Source: an uncultured Nitrososphaerota archaeon
GTDB lineage: Archaea > Thermoproteota > Nitrososphaeria > Nitrososphaerales > CADDZS01
Assembly: GCA_963799845.1 (NCBI GenBank)
Contig: CAWCYI010000006.1
Location: 1,408,001 to 1,472,000, forward strand
Direction of reading: 5' to 3'
DNA length: 64,000 nucleotides
The translations under genes and the position numbers were made by a program. The notes beneath the pieces were generated by a model. That model did not search any database. It had not been told where the DNA came from and saw only the letters and a list, made by a program, of their open reading frames with translations. Of this stretch, positions 47,628 through 57,047 are shown piece by piece (the stretch's first letter is position 1; each line of letters opens with the position of its first letter).

Positions 47628-50600
47628 TCAGTTTGGTTGCGATGGCAGGTAATAGCTTCGTCTGGACCTTCGCCTAAATGCAAGTAGCAACCCAGCGACA
47701 ATTACGGCGATCACTGCCACAATCACTACGATGTATCTGATGTCAAAGACCGGTGCACCAGGACTGAATCGTACAATCATTTTCTCCGTGCCATTGAGTG
47801 TGAGCAAGAATTTCACGTAGTAGTAATTTGAGTCCTGGAAGTATGACTGGTTGTGTGTTGCATTTCCGTTGATGATTACGCTCGGGACCAGTCCAGAAAC
47901 AATTGAGCTCTTTAGGACTTGGATTGTTGCGCTTGCGGTGGTTCCATTAACGCCGTTCAGATCAAACGACAATGCGTAGCCGCCGCCTGATTTCTGAAGA
48001 GTTACGTTCGACATCTGAGAAGCGATGATGTTGCCAGTTACCTCGATCGGAACGCTACCGGAAGCCGTCGACGCAAGGGCGGTAGTGTCGAGGATTGGAA
48101 TGAAGAGAGTCACCGTTGAATTACCGGAATAGTCAACTGGAGAAATTATTTCAGTCCCGTTTATCGAGGTTGAAGCGTTGTAACTTCCCGGGGAAAGCCC
48201 GCGGAAAATCGCGCGCCCGCTGGAATCTGTCGTCCCGTTCGCGGAATATGTTGAATTTTTCAATTCGATTAGAGAAGAGGAAATGGGTGTTTGACCAGGG
48301 CCGATCGTGTGGACTGTGAGGAATTCGTGGTTGACCGTAGATACGATCAGAGAAGCAGACGCATCCTGTCCCGCATCGTTTGTGATCCTGATCGTGATAA
48401 CGTGGATGCCGTCTGAAAGCGAGGTTGAGTTCCAAGCATAACTTGCACCAGAGACTGCTTGAGGACTCCCGTCGATGCTTAGGCTCTGGTTGCTTATCGC
48501 TTGCCCCGTCGAATTCCAGCGGATTACAACGTCTCCGCTTACCCTCGTGCCGTTCTGAATACCGGAAAACGATACCAGCGGCATATTCGGGTAAATGTCC
48601 TGTTGATTCCCGACGAGATTATTGCTCGATAATTCGGTGCTCTGCGAATTTACGAGATAAATCCCGTACTTGTTTGAAGAAAGTTCGTTTCTTGCAACGG
48701 TATTTGATGGAGAGCTGGAAATTACTATTCCGGCATCATTTCCGGTCGCGTTGTTCTGGTAAACAAGATTTTGACTCGAGCCCGTGGTAAGCAATATTCC
48801 AGCCCCGATCTTATCCGGAACCGTGCTGCCAGAGATCGAGTTCGACGTGATCGAGTTCTGCGAAGAATCGTTCGAGATATGAATGCCTCCCGCGAGCGAG
48901 CAAGTTTGCGTGGAAGAGCATTCCGTCCCGATCGATGAAATCCTGTTCTCCGTAACGGTGTTGTTTGTGCTCGAATTAAGCAGAATTCCATCGAACGAAT
49001 CCATGGAAATGTTGTTCTTATCCACTTGGTTTGTGCCGCCTCCGGCAAGTACTACGCCATTTAGGTCGCTACTCATGTTATTCAGATCAATTCTGTCGTG
49101 AGAAATTGACGAAGCAAAGACACCGTCGCCGGTGTTGTTGTTGAAAGTCATCATCGAGATCGAGGATCCTGTAACGTTTGAAAGAGTGAGGCCGTTACCG
49201 ATGTTTTTCGAATCAAAATTACTGATGATGATTGAGCCATTCAAGTTCGATTCGTCGATCCCATCACCTGCACTTGAAGAGTTCCCGTTTAGAGAAATGA
49301 AATTTCCAAGGATGCAGGAAGAATAAATGAAGCTGCTCGAGTTGTTAATGAATGAGACAACACATCCTCCTGACCCCACATATCCGCCCGAGATACTTAG
49401 GGCGGTATCATTGTTCTGCGATATCACGTCGTTTGTGACCAGAGCAAGGGAATTCTTGAATATCGCTCCGTAGCCGTTATGGCCGATAGTATCAGCAGAA
49501 AGCTGAACCTGAGAGTCGTTTTCTGAAAGAACGCCTATGCTGTTATTCTCGATCAGGGCGAGCTCAACAAATGCTATTGAAGAGTTAGTAACCGACCCTG
49601 TTACGTTCTGGTTCAAACCATTTATCTGTATTCCAACTCCGTTATAGAAAGCGGACGTAAGAATCAACTGAATTCCTCCGTAGCCCTGCCCTTGGTTTCC
49701 AGTTAGGTAAATTCCGACGGGGTTACTCGTCGCGATGTTAAGTAAGAGGGATGCATTCAGCAGATTGTCGAGATAGAAACCGAATTTTCCGTTGCCGGTC
49801 GCTGCATTTTCAGTGATTATTGCTTTCCGTGAGTTTTGCACGTTAAAGCCATCGACATTGTTGTCATTCGAGACGGATAGAGCGATGTCAGGAGGAAGCG
49901 AGCTTGAATCATTGTCGATCACGATACCGCTTTGGTGGTTTCCGTTCGTGACATCTGCAATCATAGTGATTCCCGGAGTTCCATTAACAGAAATTCCGTT
50001 GCCATCGTTCGAATTGGAATAAGTACCTTCGATCAAAGAACCCAACGTCGAAGGGGTGTTCAGGAATATTCCATCTCCGGAATTGCCTGAGACCCAGTCG
50101 TTTACTATAAAATAGATTGATGTAGCGCCGCCCGAAATTGAAATCGAAGTAGTGTTCCAGCCCGCAAATACGAAGGGATCGGTCGATGTTCCGTTTCCCT
50201 GGATGACTCCATTTTCAGCAGTGAACTGAGAGTCATTCGTAATTGAAATTGGTGAGTGAGTTTCTCCCTGGATGAAAAATGAGGTTGTAAGGTTCGCGTA
50301 ATTCCCAGCAGCGTCAAAGCCCTGGACGCTAACGAGATAGCTTCCCAGGCTCGCGTTTAGCGGGCTTGCTGTCCCGAAGAGATAGGGGCCAACAAAAGAT
50401 CCGGTGGAAGACGCATAAGTCAGCCGAATGAAATTTACGAGGAAAAGGAGCCCCCCATGGTTAAGATAGACAAATGTCACAACAGAACCTTGGGTTAAGA
50501 GGGAGCCGTTGGGGTAGGTAATTCTCGCCGAGACCATTGGTTCGCTTCCCCCATTAACTGAGATCGTAGAACTAGGGACCGTGATCGACCCCACGAGATT

Positions 50601-53420
50601 GAAGGGGGCAACTCGGATTACCGTTTCAGCTGTCCCGGCACTGCCCAGGCCGTTGTTCCCGCTGACACTTATCTCGTAAAAGCCGGTTGGAGAAGACTTC
50701 GCAAGCGGATACTTGCCGAGCCAAACCCCGGCAGTGGGATCATAAGTTAGCGGTAATGTTGCAATGACTTGAGAGCCATCCGAAATTGTAGCGGTAAAGG
50801 TTCCGGTACTCGCCTCAAGACCGCTACTGTATTCAGGAGTCGCCTTGACAGATATTGTGTCCCCCAAAACGTAGGTCGGCGAATCCGTACTCAAAACCAC
50901 GTTCAAGCCGACGTAGAGCCATCCATAGGTGCTTCCCAGATTGCCACTGGAATCTTTACCTGATACGTTCAAGACCCAGGAATCCTGGTCTACTCCCCGT
51001 GGAATTTTGAAGTGGGCAGTCCATCTTTGCGAAGTCGAATTGTAAGAAAGCTGAGTGCTCCCCTCGCTCTTCCCCATGGGCGAGTTCTCCGTGAACGTTG
51101 CCCTAAAATTACCCGTGGTTACACAACAGAGACCGTCGGGCGAAGTGATCGCAGCGGATATGTTTATTGTCTGACCCACGGTGAATTTTGCTGTCATGGC
51201 GGCGTTTGAAGCTGTCAGGTTGAAATACGGGGGAAGAAAGACCGATACCCCGTCCCCGACCGAAAATGTTGTTGTCCCCCAACCGGAAGACGATCCGGTC
51301 GTCACGAGAACCTTTGCCGTCCATTCACCCGGAGTGTCGGCCGATTTTATATTGTAGGAGCCACTCCATAACCCTGTACCAGGATCATCGGAAAATTGGA
51401 TTCCGTTCGCGATAGTTTCGCCTCCAGGCCCCGTAATGTTCGCTACAACGTTGCCACTGGAAACAATTCCACCATTCGCCGTCACGTTGGCGGTAAATCC
51501 GATTTGAGAACCGTATGCGAAACTCGATGCTAGTTGGCCGCTGAGGGAATTCTTAACGGAAACATCCAGCGATCCGCTCGGGGCGAGGTAATTTGCAAGC
51601 TCGCCGAGATTTGGAGAACCAAGCCCAGTCAGAGGGTCCCAGCCGACGCCAGCTGAGTACGGATTGTTGTTGCCGGAAGTTATATCGTGAAATGCCTTTG
51701 CATACTCCTGCTGATTGTTAAGAATCGCATACAGCTCGGGTGTGATGAGGCCCAGCCGTCCGCCAGCCTTTTGGTCTAAAAGTGCCATAGAACCGGCCCA
51801 ACTGGGGGAGCCCACGCTTGTCCCTCCTTCGATCTGATAGATCAATGAACCGGTCCCAATGTCAAACAAGGTTACGATAACGCCCGTTGCAGGATCGGCA
51901 TCCCACGCCACATCCGGAGAACCCTTCGTTCCCTGGGAGGAATCGAAGCCTGTACCGTGCTGCCATGGCGGAGTAGGAAATAGAGTACTGTAACCTCCGC
52001 CTGTACCCCAGGAATACTGATTGCTCCAGCTCCACGCAGTCTCCGAGCCGTATCCGCCTGTAGCATTTGAATAAGGAAACTGTATGGTCCCGGAAGTCGT
52101 GTTCATGTAAAGAGAAGTTCCTCCGACGCCTGTAACGTAAGGATCAGTGGATGGATAGATTGCTCCACCATATGGAAGGGACTCTCCGAAGCCCTGATCG
52201 TAAGCTCCCCAATCTCCACTGCTGGAGAATGCCGTGATGCCCTCGGCGGCCGCTTGCTGGAGCACCTGATCAACCCAGGGATACGATGCTCCTTCGATAG
52301 GAGCGATTGGGGAGGAAATTGCAAGACTATTCTCTTGTGTCCCCCAGCTCATGGATATTATGGAAGTTGAAGAGTTCATGACCGCCTGTTCAAGGGCATC
52401 GTAGAGAGGAAATGAGCTATTCGAACCGATGTAGAGGTTTATCGCTGCGTCAGGGGCCATCGCGTGTGCCCACTCCACGTCCAGAGCGATCTCCGGTTGC
52501 CACCCCTCCGTGATACCGTTGGAGTAATTGCACGGTCCGTCAACGCAGATCTGGTTCAGCGTCAACTGGGGCAGATTGAATTGGGTGCTGAAGTTGTCCA
52601 GCTCTTCTTGAATGTACGGATCGCCGTACGCGTCAACTATCGCAATAGTAATCCCCGTTCCCGTGTAACCTGCACTGAGAAGCGAGGATGAGTTGTATAT
52701 CTGATGTATTTCTGACGGCGTGTAGTAGATCGAATTTGAATCGCTTTGCTGCGGTTGCCCAGAGATCTTGCCAAATGTTCTGTACAATGGCACGGCAAAG
52801 TTCTGTCCTGATCCATAATTGGATAAGCCGGAAATTGACTGGACGAACGAATACTGACTCGGGAGCTCTGGCGATGTAAGGGGAGAGTAAAACGACTGGT
52901 TTGCAACTTTGAACGATTCGAGCGAGACGTGGAGAGCCCCGTCCGTTTCCAAGGCGTCTCCGCTAACCTGGAGAAGGTTTGGATTCGAATGGTCTTCAGT
53001 CACGCTGAGACCCTTTGAAGAAAAGTACGAAGTGAGCGAACTTATTTCAGCAGAATCAGGGCCGTAAAGTTCCGAATACTGACCTATACTTAGAAAGTGC
53101 CTGTATTGCGGGGATGCAGGATTGCTGATTTGGTTGATGTATTGCTGCAGTCCAAGCGCATTTCTCGAAGATATAAGGACACTAAACGATATGGGAGTTC
53201 TAGAAGGCAAAGCCGACTGAATTCTCGCCTCGGAGATCGGCGGCATTGAAATTGGAATACTTACAGAGCTTCCATTCAGGTTCGAGTTTGTCGACGGAGG
53301 AATCGTGATTGTACTTTGGCTTGAAAAAGCGGATGAGAAAAGAGAATTTTCAAAGGCGCCTGAAGCAGTCAAAAGCAGTGCAGCAAAAAGAGCGAACAGA
53401 GCCTTCCTTTGAGAATTCAT
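47628..53420 (-). CDS. S53 (sedolisin/kumamolisin) protease with Ig-like domains, NosD-type beta-helix and C-terminal membrane anchor
   Basis: Pro-domain NPASPQYRHFLS; EIALDVE, SSGD, GGTSVGSP, GWDPLTGLG; N/G/I parallel beta-helix repeats; TM followed by RRRSRR. Confidence 0.92.
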   Translation of the reverse strand: MNSQRKALFALFAALLLTASGAFENSLFSSAFSSQSTITIPPSTNSNLNGSSVSIPISMPPISEARIQSALPSRTPISFSVLISSRNALGLQQYINQISNPASPQYRHFLSIGQYSELYGPDSAEISSLTSYFSSKGLSVTEDHSNPNLLQVSGDALETDGALHVSLESFKVANQSFYSPLTSPELPSQYSFVQSISGLSNYGSGQNFAVPLYRTFGKISGQPQQSDSNSIYYTPSEIHQIYNSSSLLSAGYTGTGITIAIVDAYGDPYIQEELDNFSTQFNLPQLTLNQICVDGPCNYSNGITEGWQPEIALDVEWAHAMAPDAAINLYIGSNSSFPLYDALEQAVMNSSTSIISMSWGTQENSLAISSPIAPIEGASYPWVDQVLQQAAAEGITAFSSSGDWGAYDQGFGESLPYGGAIYPSTDPYVTGVGGTSLYMNTTSGTIQFPYSNATGGYGSETAWSWSNQYSWGTGGGYSTLFPTPPWQHGTGFDSSQGTKGSPDVAWDADPATGVIVTLFDIGTGSLIYQIEGGTSVGSPSWAGSMALLDQKAGGRLGLITPELYAILNNQQEYAKAFHDITSGNNNPYSAGVGWDPLTGLGSPNLGELANYLAPSGSLDVSVKNSLSGQLASSFAYGSQIGFTANVTANGGIVSSGNVVANITGPGGETIANGIQFSDDPGTGLWSGSYNIKSADTPGEWTAKVLVTTGSSSGWGTTTFSVGDGVSVFLPPYFNLTASNAAMTAKFTVGQTINISAAITSPDGLCCVTTGNFRATFTENSPMGKSEGSTQLSYNSTSQRWTAHFKIPRGVDQDSWVLNVSGKDSSGNLGSTYGWLYVGLNVVLSTDSPTYVLGDTISVKATPEYSSGLEASTGTFTATISDGSQVIATLPLTYDPTAGVWLGKYPLAKSSPTGFYEISVSGNNGLGSAGTAETVIRVAPFNLVGSITVPSSTISVNGGSEPMVSARITYPNGSLLTQGSVVTFVYLNHGGLLFLVNFIRLTYASSTGSFVGPYLFGTASPLNASLGSYLVSVQGFDAAGNYANLTTSFFIQGETHSPISITNDSQFTAENGVIQGNGTSTDPFVFAGWNTTSISISGGATSIYFIVNDWVSGNSGDGIFLNTPSTLGSLIEGTYSNSNDGNGISVNGTPGITMIADVTNGNHQSGIVIDNDSSSLPPDIALSVSNDNNVDGFNVQNSRKAIITENAATGNGKFGFYLDNLLNASLLLNIATSNPVGIYLTGNQGQGYGGIQLILTSAFYNGVGIQINGLNQNVTGSVTNSSIAFVELALIENNSIGVLSENDSQVQLSADTIGHNGYGAIFKNSLALVTNDVISQNNDTALSISGGYVGSGGCVVSFINNSSSFIYSSCILGNFISLNGNSSSAGDGIDESNLNGSIIISNFDSKNIGNGLTLSNVTGSSISMMTFNNNTGDGVFASSISHDRIDLNNMSSDLNGVVLAGGGTNQVDKNNISMDSFDGILLNSSTNNTVTENRISSIGTECSSTQTCSLAGGIHISNDSSQNSITSNSISGSTVPDKIGAGILLTTGSSQNLVYQNNATGNDAGIVISSSPSNTVARNELSSNKYGIYLVNSQSTELSSNNLVGNQQDIYPNMPLVSFSGIQNGTRVSGDVVIRWNSTGQAISNQSLSIDGSPQAVSGASYAWNSTSLSDGIHVITIRITNDAGQDASASLIVSTVNHEFLTVHTIGPGQTPISSSLIELKNSTYSANGTTDSSGRAIFRGLSPGSYNASTSINGTEIISPVDYSGNSTVTLFIPILDTTALASTASGSVPIEVTGNIIASQMSNVTLQKSGGGYALSFDLNGVNGTTASATIQVLKSSIVSGLVPSVIINGNATHNQSYFQDSNYYYVKFLLTLNGTEKMIVRFSPGAPVFDIRYIVVIVAVIAVIVAGLLLAFRRRSRRSYYLPSQPN

Positions 53421-53506
53421 CGAGCCTAGAGCTCGTTTGAGATTATTTAAGCCGAGTGGGAATGGGATTTGCTTATCTTAAGAAAATCTCGTTTCTAGAT
53501 TCGCTC

Positions 53507-53722
53507 TCACGATTTGAGAGTACCGAACTGCCAGCTGTTCTTCCCATACTTGCTCCTCCAGTCTGCTCTTTCCTGATGTCCGGGCATTTTTTGACTCATA
53601 TGGATCGCGAACCCCGTAGCGTTCTCATTGTGGATTCCGTCCCAAACCTTTTGACTACAATACGGGCATTTTCTCCAGATGCCATCTTCATTTTTTTCTA
53701 CGATGAATTCCGAGAACTCCAT
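53507..53722 (-). CDS. Small zinc-finger-like protein
   Basis: MEFSEF…CPYC…H…H…W. Confidence 0.55.
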   Translation of the reverse strand: MEFSEFIVEKNEDGIWRKCPYCSQKVWDGIHNENATGFAIHMSQKMPGHQERADWRSKYGKNSWQFGTLKS

Positions 53723-54111
53723 TTGTTTTCGCTGAACTCTTGAAACGACTGATAATCCGACGTCTTGATGACAGATAGCTCGCTCAAGCTTAAAGGATAG
53801 ATTGTTTCTTGGATAAAGATCAGCTGTACAGATGTGAAGCATATTAATTGTATTCAAGTTGAGGTAGTCTTTGCGATCCTTAATATTCTCCAAAACAGGC
53901 AACTGACCAAATGCGTCCGAATTCAAATTCAACGAACGAAATTCGCGGCATCCTCAAAAACTTGGGATTTGAATTTGAAAGAGAACATAGAGATCGTGAG
54001 ATCGGCGAATTCAGGTCGATTAGGAAAGAAGCACCTGATCAGGCTTCCCTTGCAAGAGATAGGCTATTCCCAAAGATTCTTCAAAAGCACTTTTCGAATC
54101 AGGAAATTATC

Positions 54112-54825
54112 TTGAACTTCAAGAAGCTTCAATCCATCGCCCGCCGGAGGCTGGGTCTAACAGGCGACGTCGAGTTCGTGCAGAAAGGGGGAGGGAAAGG
54201 AAGGATCCTCGCGACTTCGGTTGCGAATTCTTCGTTGGAAATGAAACACACCGTTACCTATTCTGACGCAGAATCCATAGATCCGGCGGACGTTTATCAC
54301 GAGTTGTGCAGAGCGAGACTCTACGAGCTTGGGTTCAGGACGGTTGAGAATGCCACACTGATGGCACTGAAAGATTGTGCGGGCGATGATCCGAAGTTTA
54401 TTTTCGACGCAAACTCCTCCGTCGTTATAGTTTCGGAGGTCTACGTCAGCTGGATGTTGTACACTTACTTTCCCGAAGAGTCTGAAAGCAGAAGACAGGA
54501 GATCGTTCTGAGGTTCAAATCATCCGATGCGCTCACGAGCCTTCACACGCAAATGGGATTCTGGGGAACCGCCGGAATCGCGTACTACAGACTTGCTTCT
54601 GAATGGACGGGCAAGACTTTTCCTTCAAAGCAGGTCGAAGCTGCGATCTCCCAGGCTGGTGATGGAAAATCTCTCGATGAAGAGTTAAAGAAGATCGAAG
54701 TTGTTATCGCTGAACTACCTAGGATCGGGAAACCGATTCATGCTTTCTCTGATTCTGACCAGCTGCAGATTATTTCCGTAATTGTGGATTTGTTCTCGGC
54801 AAAGACAGGGCTTGATTGTAGCTAA
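54112..54825 (+). CDS. Hypothetical protein with a zincin-like HExxR motif
   Basis: VYHELCRARL and downstream SEVYV; start at TTG 54112 inferred. Confidence 0.6.
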   Translation: MNFKKLQSIARRRLGLTGDVEFVQKGGGKGRILATSVANSSLEMKHTVTYSDAESIDPADVYHELCRARLYELGFRTVENATLMALKDCAGDDPKFIFDANSSVVIVSEVYVSWMLYTYFPEESESRRQEIVLRFKSSDALTSLHTQMGFWGTAGIAYYRLASEWTGKTFPSKQVEAAISQAGDGKSLDEELKKIEVVIAELPRIGKPIHAFSDSDQLQIISVIVDLFSAKTGLDCS

Positions 54826-54830
54826 AATAT

Positions 54831-56163
54831 TCACCCGAATGGTGAAATCGCCGTCGTGTTTAAATTATCGCTTTCGCTAAAAGGGGAAATAATCTGGATA
54901 ATGTACTGTCCTCCCGGGACAATGGACAGTGGAGAGTAAGGGGCAAAGAGGCTGTTGAGCGTCGAAATTCGTCCTGTGAATGTTAATTGGACTTCTTCTC
55001 CCGGCGTAACTACCAAACCGACCTGGGTGCCGTTTTGATCGAGCGAGGAGAGCAATGGCTGTACTACTAGTTTATCGCTCAAAACTAGGAAACTCGCGAC
55101 GGTTTGGAAACTGGAGGTGTAGTTCGGAACTGCTCCGGAGTCTAATTGTGGCAATCGAGCGTCTAGTTGCGGAGTTTGTCCCAGTCCAACCACCGCACTG
55201 GAGGTTCCGTTAAGACTCGCAGCATTGCTCTGAGAAATCTCCGTAATCGTCGTCACAGTTGTTATAGTTTCTACGGTCGTCTCGGCATTCCCGTTTTGGA
55301 CAATCGCCCCAAGCAAATTGATACCCGATATAGTCACGTTCGCAGTCCCCGTATTGTTCAAAACCAAAACCATTGCGTTTGTCGTTATCAGAGCCGTCAG
55401 AACCGTGATTTGATCAGCTAGTCTGCTAATACTAGAAGCGAACCAGGCCTGTGAATCTAACTCGATCGTCGATCCTATCCTCTGATAGGCCGAGATCGGA
55501 ACGGAAGCCGGAATAGCGATCGCTCTGGCAAAAGGAACGAGCTGCAGGGTCGTCGAGTTTCCAGTTTCCGTCGGAACTACAGACGGCGCGATATCAAGAA
55601 TGAATCCCGCAGTACCATTCGGTCCCAGTCTCAGCTCCGCCCTGAATTGGCTCAGTGACAGTTGTTGAAGATACATAGGCACTCACATTCCTTCCATAGT
55701 AAGTAACGCTCGCCGCCGTGATGCTGAAACTAGCAAAGTCGTATAGCCCGCTGGATAAGACCGAATTTCCAATAGTTACACTACGGTTTGCAAGAGACGC
55801 AAGATCGACAGTTCCCCCGGGTGCTGCAACAAGCCAGGTGGAGACGTTCAACTCTGTTGTGTGCACTTCGATATTCGAATAAGTAACGTAAACGTGGCTG
55901 ACGCCAACCGGTTCATTCAAATAATCAGTTATCTGAGTGACCAAATTTCCGGTTGGAATCGACGACGTGGAGAACTTAGTTGATGTCTCTACGCTGAGAG
56001 AAGTGGAAATAACCGTGGAAGTTTGAGTAGTCGTCCTGCTAGTTGTAATCGTAGATGTTCCATTTGGTAGTGTGGAATTTAGAGCACTTACTCCACCGAT
56101 TATCGCGGCAGCAACGAGAATGCCGACTACCGCCATAAGGATAAGTTTCCCGGAGCCGTTCAT
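54831..56163 (-). CDS. DUF4382-like membrane-anchored surface protein (frameshift near 55637)
   Basis: N-terminal TM, Thr-rich linker, QITD…HVYVTYSNIEVH…VDL; continues as ELRLGPNG…FILDI. Confidence 0.7.
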
Positions 56164-56338
56164 GAACGAATATTTCTCTTTCTATGTGGTTCTAACTATT
56201 CAATCTTAGGTATTGTAAGGAAAAAGCAATGATATTTTGAGAAAAAGGTATCCCAAAAAGATACTGAAAATAAAGTAAAAGGAGGAGGAATAGAATGGAT
56301 TTTTTCCATTCTTATTCGATTACATTTTCCTGTTTAGA

Positions 56339-57028
56339 TTATTTCTTCTTCCGCATTGTGAGGACAACGAGTACGATAGCAACGATTGCTATGATCAGGC
56401 CGATTGCGCCAACTGCAAGTGCTGTGCTGTCCGTAGTTGGACTTTCTGTAACAGTTGTTGCAGTGGTAACAACTGAGCTGAGAGTTGTAGTTGTTTGTAG
56501 TGCTTGTGTCACAGTCGTTGTTGCTGCCTGGACAACCGTGGTTGTTACTGGAGCCTGAACGACAGTAGTTGTAAACTGCTCTACTACCGTAGTCGTTGTT
56601 GCGGCGCCTGTAGTGGGTGGAGAGGTTCCGTTGACTTGGAATACGTTTGTTACAGTGTATGCAGGGCCCGTTACATTTGCTGCCCAGACTGCTTTAACCG
56701 TGTATGTACCACTTGTAGTACCAGCAACCGATGTCGCACTGTACGAACCGCTCACACCGACCGCCGCAGACAAATGATCAGTTAAGATACCATTTGGATC
56801 CGTGACAGAGATCGTTACGTAGGTTCCGCTAGGCGGTGCTGGAGTGACTGTTCCGGAAATAGTTATCGTGGTTCCAGAGTTGTAGAGCGTTTTGTCCGTT
56901 CCGACTGTCACGACGTAGCTTGTGGCCGACGCGAAAACAGGGGTAAGGAAGAGGAATGCCAAAAGCATTCCCGCTCCTGCTAGCCGAGCCGCGTCTCGCC
57001 TGTCAATCACGGAATTCAGTGTCTTCAT
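56339..57028 (-). CDS. SlaB-like membrane anchor/stalk protein
   Basis: Signal peptide, TDKTLY…ISGTV Ig domain, TTTVV stalk, TM followed by RKKK. Confidence 0.7.
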   Translation of the reverse strand: MKTLNSVIDRRDAARLAGAGMLLAFLFLTPVFASATSYVVTVGTDKTLYNSGTTITISGTVTPAPPSGTYVTISVTDPNGILTDHLSAAVGVSGSYSATSVAGTTSGTYTVKAVWAANVTGPAYTVTNVFQVNGTSPPTTGAATTTTVVEQFTTTVVQAPVTTTVVQAATTTVTQALQTTTTLSSVVTTATTVTESPTTDSTALAVGAIGLIIAIVAIVLVVLTMRKKK

Positions 57029-57047
57029 GTAAGATTACACCGAATCC

